DNA of 64,000 nucleotides from Escherichia coli (GTDB lineage Bacteria; Pseudomonadota; Gammaproteobacteria; Enterobacterales; Enterobacteriaceae): NCBI RefSeq assembly GCF_048403405.1, contig NZ_CP183129.1; one strand, 5' to 3'. Shown piece by piece: positions 59,550 to 64,000 of this stretch (position 1 is its first letter; each line of letters starts with the position of its first letter). The notes under the pieces were generated by a model. It saw only the letters and a program-made list of their open reading frames with translations, ran no database searches and was not told where the DNA came from. The position numbers and the translations under genes were made by a program.

Positions 59550-61883
59550 TTGGCCAACTCATCCTCACGATATTCCGTTCTGACTGCCGCCCACTGGGGG
59601 CCGATGCTGGTTGAAACCGACGGCGAAACCGTGTTTAGCTCGCGTGGCGCGTTAGTCACAGGAATGGAAAACTCCTTGCAGAGCGCGGTTCGCGACCAGG
59701 TTCACAGCAATACGCGGGTACGATTTCCAATGGTGCGCAAAGGCTTTCTCGCGTCACCGGAAAACCCGCAAGGCATTCGTGGGCAGGATGAATTTGTTCG
59801 CGTGAGTTGGGATGAGGCGCTGGATCTTATTCACCAACAACATAAACGCATTCGTGAGGCTTATGGTCCGGCATCGATTTTTGCTGGTTCCTACGGCTGG
59901 CGTTCAAACGGCGTGCTGCATAAGGCCTCGACATTATTACAACGCTATATGGCGCTGGCAGGCGGTTATACCGGGCATCTGGGGGATTATTCGACCGGCG
60001 CGGCACAGGCGATCATGCCGTATGTCGTGGGTGGCAGCGAAGTTTATCAACAGCAAACCAGTTGGCCGCTGGTGCTGGAACATAGCGATGTCGTGGTGCT
60101 GTGGAGTGCTAACCCACTCAATACGCTGAAAATTGCGTGGAATGCATCCGATGAGCAGGGGCTTTCTTACTTTTCTGCACTGCGTGACAGCGGGAAAAAG
60201 CTGATCTGCATTGATCCAATGCGATCGGAAACCGTTGAGTTCTTTGGCGATAAAATGGAGTGGGTGGCACCGCACATGGGCACCGATGTTGCGCTGATGC
60301 TGGGGATCGCCTATACGCTGGTGGAAAATGGTTGGCACGACGAAGCGTTTCTGGCGCGTTGCACCACAGGTTATGCCGTCTTCGTCTCTTATTTGCTGGG
60401 CGAGAGTGACGGAATAGCCAAAACCGCCGAATGGGCGGCAGGGATTTGTGGTATTGGCGCAGCGAAAATCCGCGAGCTGGCGGCTCTTTTCCACCAAAAT
60501 ACCACCATGCTGATGGCTGGCTGGGGAATGCAACGTCAACAGTTTGGCGAGCAAAAGCACTGGATGATCGTCACGCTGGCGGCAATGTTGGGGCAAATCG
60601 GCACACCCGGCGGCGGTTTTGGACTTTCTTACCATTTTGCCAATGGTGGTAACCCCACGCGCCGCGCTGCGGTGCTCTCTTCCATGCAGGGCAGCTTGCC
60701 TGGCTGCACCGATGCGGTAGATAAAATCCCTGTTGCCCGCATTGTTGAAGCACTGGAAAACCCTGGTGGCGCATATCAACACAACGGTATGAACCGACAT
60801 TTCCCGGATATTCGTTTTATCTGGTGGGCGGGCGGTGCCAACTTTACTCATCATCAGGATACCAATCGCCTGATCCGTGCCTGGCAAAAACCGGAGCTGG
60901 TGGTGATCTCTGAATGCTTCTGGACGGCGGCGGCGAAACACGCGGATATCGTTCTGCCTGCGACCACTTCGTTTGAGCGTAATGATCTCACCATGACCGG
61001 CGATTACAGCAATCAGCATCTGGTGCCGATGAAACAAGTGGTGCCGCCACGTTATGAAGCGCGTAATGATTTTGATGTCTTTGCCGAGTTGAGTGAACGT
61101 TGGGAGAAGGGCGGCTATGCGCGGTTTACGGAAGGAAAAAGTGAGCTGCAATGGCTGGAAACGTTTTATAACGTTGCCCGGCAGCGCGGGGCAAGCCAGC
61201 AGGTTGAATTGCCGCCATTTGCTGAGTTCTGGAAAGCCAACCAGTTAATTGAGATGCCGGAAAACCCGGACAGTGAGCGGTTTATTCGCTTCGCCGATTT
61301 TCGCCGCGATCCGCAGGCGCATCCATTAAAAACCGCCAGCGGTAAGATTGAAATATTCTCGCAGCGTATTGCCGATTACGCTTATCCGGATTGCCCTGGG
61401 CATCCAATGTGGCTGGAGCCGGACGAATGGCAGGGCAATGCCGAACCGGAACAGTTGCAGGTACTTTCTGCTCATCCGGCACATCGTCTGCATAGCCAGC
61501 TGAATTACAGTTCTCTGCGCGAATTGTACGCGGTGGCAAATCGTGAGCCTGTCACCATTCATCCTGACGATGCCCAGGCGCGCGGCATACAAGATGGCGA
61601 TATTGTTCGGTTGTGGAACGCACGCGGGCAAATTCTTGCCGGAGCGGTCATTAGCGAGGGAATTAAACCTGGCGTGATTTGTATTCATGAAGGGGCATGG
61701 CCGGATCTGGATTTAACCGCTGACGGTATTTGTAAAAACGGCGCGGTGAACGTTCTGACCAAAGATCTCCCCAGCTCGCGGCTGGGGAATGGCTGTGCGG
61801 GTAATACGGCACTGGCATGGCTGGAAAAATACAACGGTCCGGAACTGACACTTACAGCGTTTGAACCACCGGCCAGCTCATAA
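59550..61883 (+). CDS. bisC: biotin sulfoxide reductase (molybdopterin oxidoreductase)
   Basis: 777-aa ORF of the DMSO/TMAO reductase family without signal peptide. Confidence 0.9.
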   Translation: MANSSSRYSVLTAAHWGPMLVETDGETVFSSRGALVTGMENSLQSAVRDQVHSNTRVRFPMVRKGFLASPENPQGIRGQDEFVRVSWDEALDLIHQQHKRIREAYGPASIFAGSYGWRSNGVLHKASTLLQRYMALAGGYTGHLGDYSTGAAQAIMPYVVGGSEVYQQQTSWPLVLEHSDVVVLWSANPLNTLKIAWNASDEQGLSYFSALRDSGKKLICIDPMRSETVEFFGDKMEWVAPHMGTDVALMLGIAYTLVENGWHDEAFLARCTTGYAVFVSYLLGESDGIAKTAEWAAGICGIGAAKIRELAALFHQNTTMLMAGWGMQRQQFGEQKHWMIVTLAAMLGQIGTPGGGFGLSYHFANGGNPTRRAAVLSSMQGSLPGCTDAVDKIPVARIVEALENPGGAYQHNGMNRHFPDIRFIWWAGGANFTHHQDTNRLIRAWQKPELVVISECFWTAAAKHADIVLPATTSFERNDLTMTGDYSNQHLVPMKQVVPPRYEARNDFDVFAELSERWEKGGYARFTEGKSELQWLETFYNVARQRGASQQVELPPFAEFWKANQLIEMPENPDSERFIRFADFRRDPQAHPLKTASGKIEIFSQRIADYAYPDCPGHPMWLEPDEWQGNAEPEQLQVLSAHPAHRLHSQLNYSSLRELYAVANREPVTIHPDDAQARGIQDGDIVRLWNARGQILAGAVISEGIKPGVICIHEGAWPDLDLTADGICKNGAVNVLTKDLPSSRLGNGCAGNTALAWLEKYNGPELTLTAFEPPASS

Positions 61884-62292
61884 TCCAGGTGGGTAGTTGG
61901 GTTTCATCCTGCCATGCGCAGTCGACAATGTGAAAACCCTGCGCATGGTAAAAATCTATCGCCGGTTGATTTTTTTGATAAACCTCCAGCATCAGATGGG
62001 GATGGCGCTGCTGCACATACTGCATTAGCGCCTTACCAATACCGCGTCTGACGGCCTTCGGTGCGACAAACATTGCAGCCAGAAATCGGCCTTCCATAAT
62101 GCTGACAAAACCGAGAAGCTTACCGTCTTCTTCCCAGACCCAGTTTTGCGCGTTGGCAAGATAGGCATCCCGCACCAGCGGAATGCAATCACGCCAGTAA
62201 TTCGCTTTTATAAAGGGATGCCCCCAGGTTGTACTTTCCAGCCACAGTTCGAGGATCGCGGGGAGTTCTGAACGTTGCGCTTCCCGAATCAT
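61852..62292 (-). CDS. yiaC: GNAT-family N-acetyltransferase
   Basis: 146-aa ORF; 3' end overlaps the bisC 3' end; start overlaps the tag stop. Confidence 0.85.
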   Translation of the reverse strand: MIREAQRSELPAILELWLESTTWGHPFIKANYWRDCIPLVRDAYLANAQNWVWEEDGKLLGFVSIMEGRFLAAMFVAPKAVRRGIGKALMQYVQQRHPHLMLEVYQKNQPAIDFYHAQGFHIVDCAWQDETQLPTWIMSWPVVQTL

Positions 62293-62852
62293 GGTTTATT
62301 TCCCGGATAGCAACAGCAGCCAACCACATGATCATTCACCAGCCCACATGCCTGCATAAAGGAGTAACAGATTGTGGTACCAACAAACTTAAAACCACGC
62401 TTTTTCAAGGCTTTAGATAGAGCGTCGGAGGCGGGCGTAGATGTAGGGATTTCGCTCAACGTTGTGGCTTGTGTCACCTGTGGTTGATGATTGACAAACG
62501 ACCAGACAAAGTCGGCAAACGGTTCGCCGTTCTGTTCCATTTGCAGGTACGCCCGCGCATTACCAATAATTGCCTGAATTTTCCCGCGATGGCGGATAAT
62601 CCCGGCGTCCTGTACCAGTCTTTCGACATCCTCTTCCTGCATTGCAGCCACCTTCACCGGATCGAACTGATGAAAGCTGGCGCGATAGTTTTCGCGTTTT
62701 TTGAGGACGGTGATCCACGATAATCCAGCCTGCTGCCCTTCAAGGCAGATCATTTCGAACAGTTTTTTACTGTCAGTTTCAGGCACGCCCCATTCATTAT
62801 CATGGTAGGCAATATAAAGCGGGTCCTGACTCACCCAGCCGCAACGTTCCAT
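62289..62852 (-). CDS. tag: DNA-3-methyladenine glycosylase I
   Basis: 187 aa from the ATG at 62852 (MERCGWVSQDPLYIAYHDNEWG...); ORF track extends 79 codons upstream. Confidence 0.9.
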   Translation of the reverse strand: MERCGWVSQDPLYIAYHDNEWGVPETDSKKLFEMICLEGQQAGLSWITVLKKRENYRASFHQFDPVKVAAMQEEDVERLVQDAGIIRHRGKIQAIIGNARAYLQMEQNGEPFADFVWSFVNHQPQVTQATTLSEIPTSTPASDALSKALKKRGFKFVGTTICYSFMQACGLVNDHVVGCCCYPGNKP

Positions 62853-63009
62853 ACTTTCCCTCGCTATGTACCCGATCGTAAAAATTTCAGCCGCTTTTCT
62901 TGACGCATCGGTGAAAAAGTCAATATTTAATACAGGGCTACTATGCCCGATATCCTTCATACAATGACAATAATATTGCCGAATTCGGCTCTTCCCTGGA
63001 GTCGTGTTA

Positions 63010-63708
63010 ATGATCATAAAAAAAAGCGGTGGTCGCTGGCAGCTAAGCCTGCTGGCGAGTGTGGTAATCAGTGCCTTTTTTCTCAACACAGCTTACGCCT
63101 GGCAACAAGAATATATCGTTGATACGCAACCCGGACATTCCACAGAGCGTTACACCTGGGATAGCGATCATCAACCTGATTACAACGATATTTTGTCGCA
63201 ACGTATTCAAAGTAGCCAAAGGGCGCTGGGACTGGAAGTCAATCTGGCGGAAGAAACCCCTGTGGATGTGACCAGCAGTATGAGTATGGGCTGGAATTTT
63301 CCTTTATATGAACAGGTTACAACCGGCCCGGTCGCGGCATTACATTACGATGGCACAACCACCTCGATGTATAACGAGTTTGGCGACAGTACTACCACGC
63401 TAGCCGATCCGTTATGGCATGCCAGCGTGAGTACCTTAGGCTGGCGTGTTGACTCCCGGCTTGGCGATCTCCGACCCTGGGCGCAAATCAGCTATAACCA
63501 GCAATTTGGCGAGAATATCTGGAAGGCGCAATCAGGCCTGAGCCGGATGACGGCGACAAACCAGAACGGCAACTGGCTGGATGTCACCGTAGGCGCTGAT
63601 ATGTTGCTCAATCAAAATATTGCTGCCTATGCTGCGCTATCTCAGGCAGAAAATACCACTAACAATAGCGACTATCTGTATACGATGGGGGTTAGCGCCA
63701 GATTTTAA
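63010..63708 (+). CDS. yhjY: autotransporter-beta-domain-like outer membrane protein
   Basis: about 232-aa ORF with signal peptide, ending ...GVSARF. Confidence 0.8.
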   Translation: MIIKKSGGRWQLSLLASVVISAFFLNTAYAWQQEYIVDTQPGHSTERYTWDSDHQPDYNDILSQRIQSSQRALGLEVNLAEETPVDVTSSMSMGWNFPLYEQVTTGPVAALHYDGTTTSMYNEFGDSTTTLADPLWHASVSTLGWRVDSRLGDLRPWAQISYNQQFGENIWKAQSGLSRMTATNQNGNWLDVTVGADMLLNQNIAAYAALSQAENTTNNSDYLYTMGVSARF

Positions 63709-63936
63709 CGTTATAGATACAATTGAAACCATTGGATAACAACAGTTGTGGCGATAGTGGGTGCTAACTTACTAAATAATAAATTTGGTGAATAATTGTC
63801 GAGTCATTCATTCCTGAACTAATGCATTTCATTCCGTTCTGATGGCATTTCATGCCGTTTTTCCCCAGGCATAAAGTGCACTTCGTTATGGTTGTCAGCA
63901 GAGATTTTTCCTTTTTATTACTGCAGGAATACTGCC

Positions 63937-64000
63937 ATGACACCTTCAAATTATCAGCGTACCCGCTGGTTGACACTCATCGGTACTATCATTACCCAGT
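63937..64000 (+). CDS. yhjX: MFS transporter (oxalate/formate antiporter family), 5' end only; continues beyond window
   Basis: ATG at 63937 followed by MTPSNYQRTRWLTLIGTIITQ, open to the window end; gene expected next to yhjY in K-12 order (memory). Confidence 0.55.
   Translation, partial: MTPSNYQRTRWLTLIGTIITQ

Noticed and set aside
59937-61151. 404-codon minus-strand ORF within bisC
   Set aside because: Antisense to bisC, Arg/His-rich low-complexity translation typical of a spurious ORF in GC-rich coding DNA.
63764-63976. 70-codon minus-strand ORF overlapping the yhjX start
   Set aside because: Overlaps the expected yhjX start and promoter region; likely spurious.

Overview
This 64-kb window is an Escherichia coli-type chromosomal segment, mostly conserved core genes. 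Gene order matches, from memory, the K-12 interval yibH - rhsA - yibF - selAB - yiaY - aldB - yiaWVUT - sgbEUH/lyxK/yiaONMLKJ - ysaA - avtA - malS - bax - xylRHGF/xylAB - yiaBA - wecH - ysaB - glyQS - IS150 - hokA - cspA - yiaGF - ghrB - yiaD - bisC - yiaC - tag - yhjY - yhjX, read in reverse orientation. All identifications come from reading the translated ORFs and the DNA; no database search was run. Accessory or strain-variable content: (1) an intact Rhs gene whose AT-rich C-terminal tip carries an HExxHxxGxxD zinc-metallopeptidase motif, followed by a signal-peptide ORF and a second tightly coupled small-ORF pair; (2) two identical 1432-bp IS3-family elements (best match IS1397) in inverted orientation, each inserted in the loop of a REP/PU palindrome with its own target duplication, bracketing yiaW-yiaV-yiaU-yiaT; (3) a three-gene sugar island (GH127-like hydrolase, GPH symporter, AraC regulator) between the second IS and sgbE; (4) a 1-bp deletion in a G-run that frameshifts xylB; (5) IS150 inserted next to the hokA toxin gene. 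The Rhs tip/immunity module and the IS-bracketed DUF3302/membrane-fusion locus are the best candidates for uncharacterised biology. No CRISPR array, tRNA, rRNA, prophage or integrase was seen.
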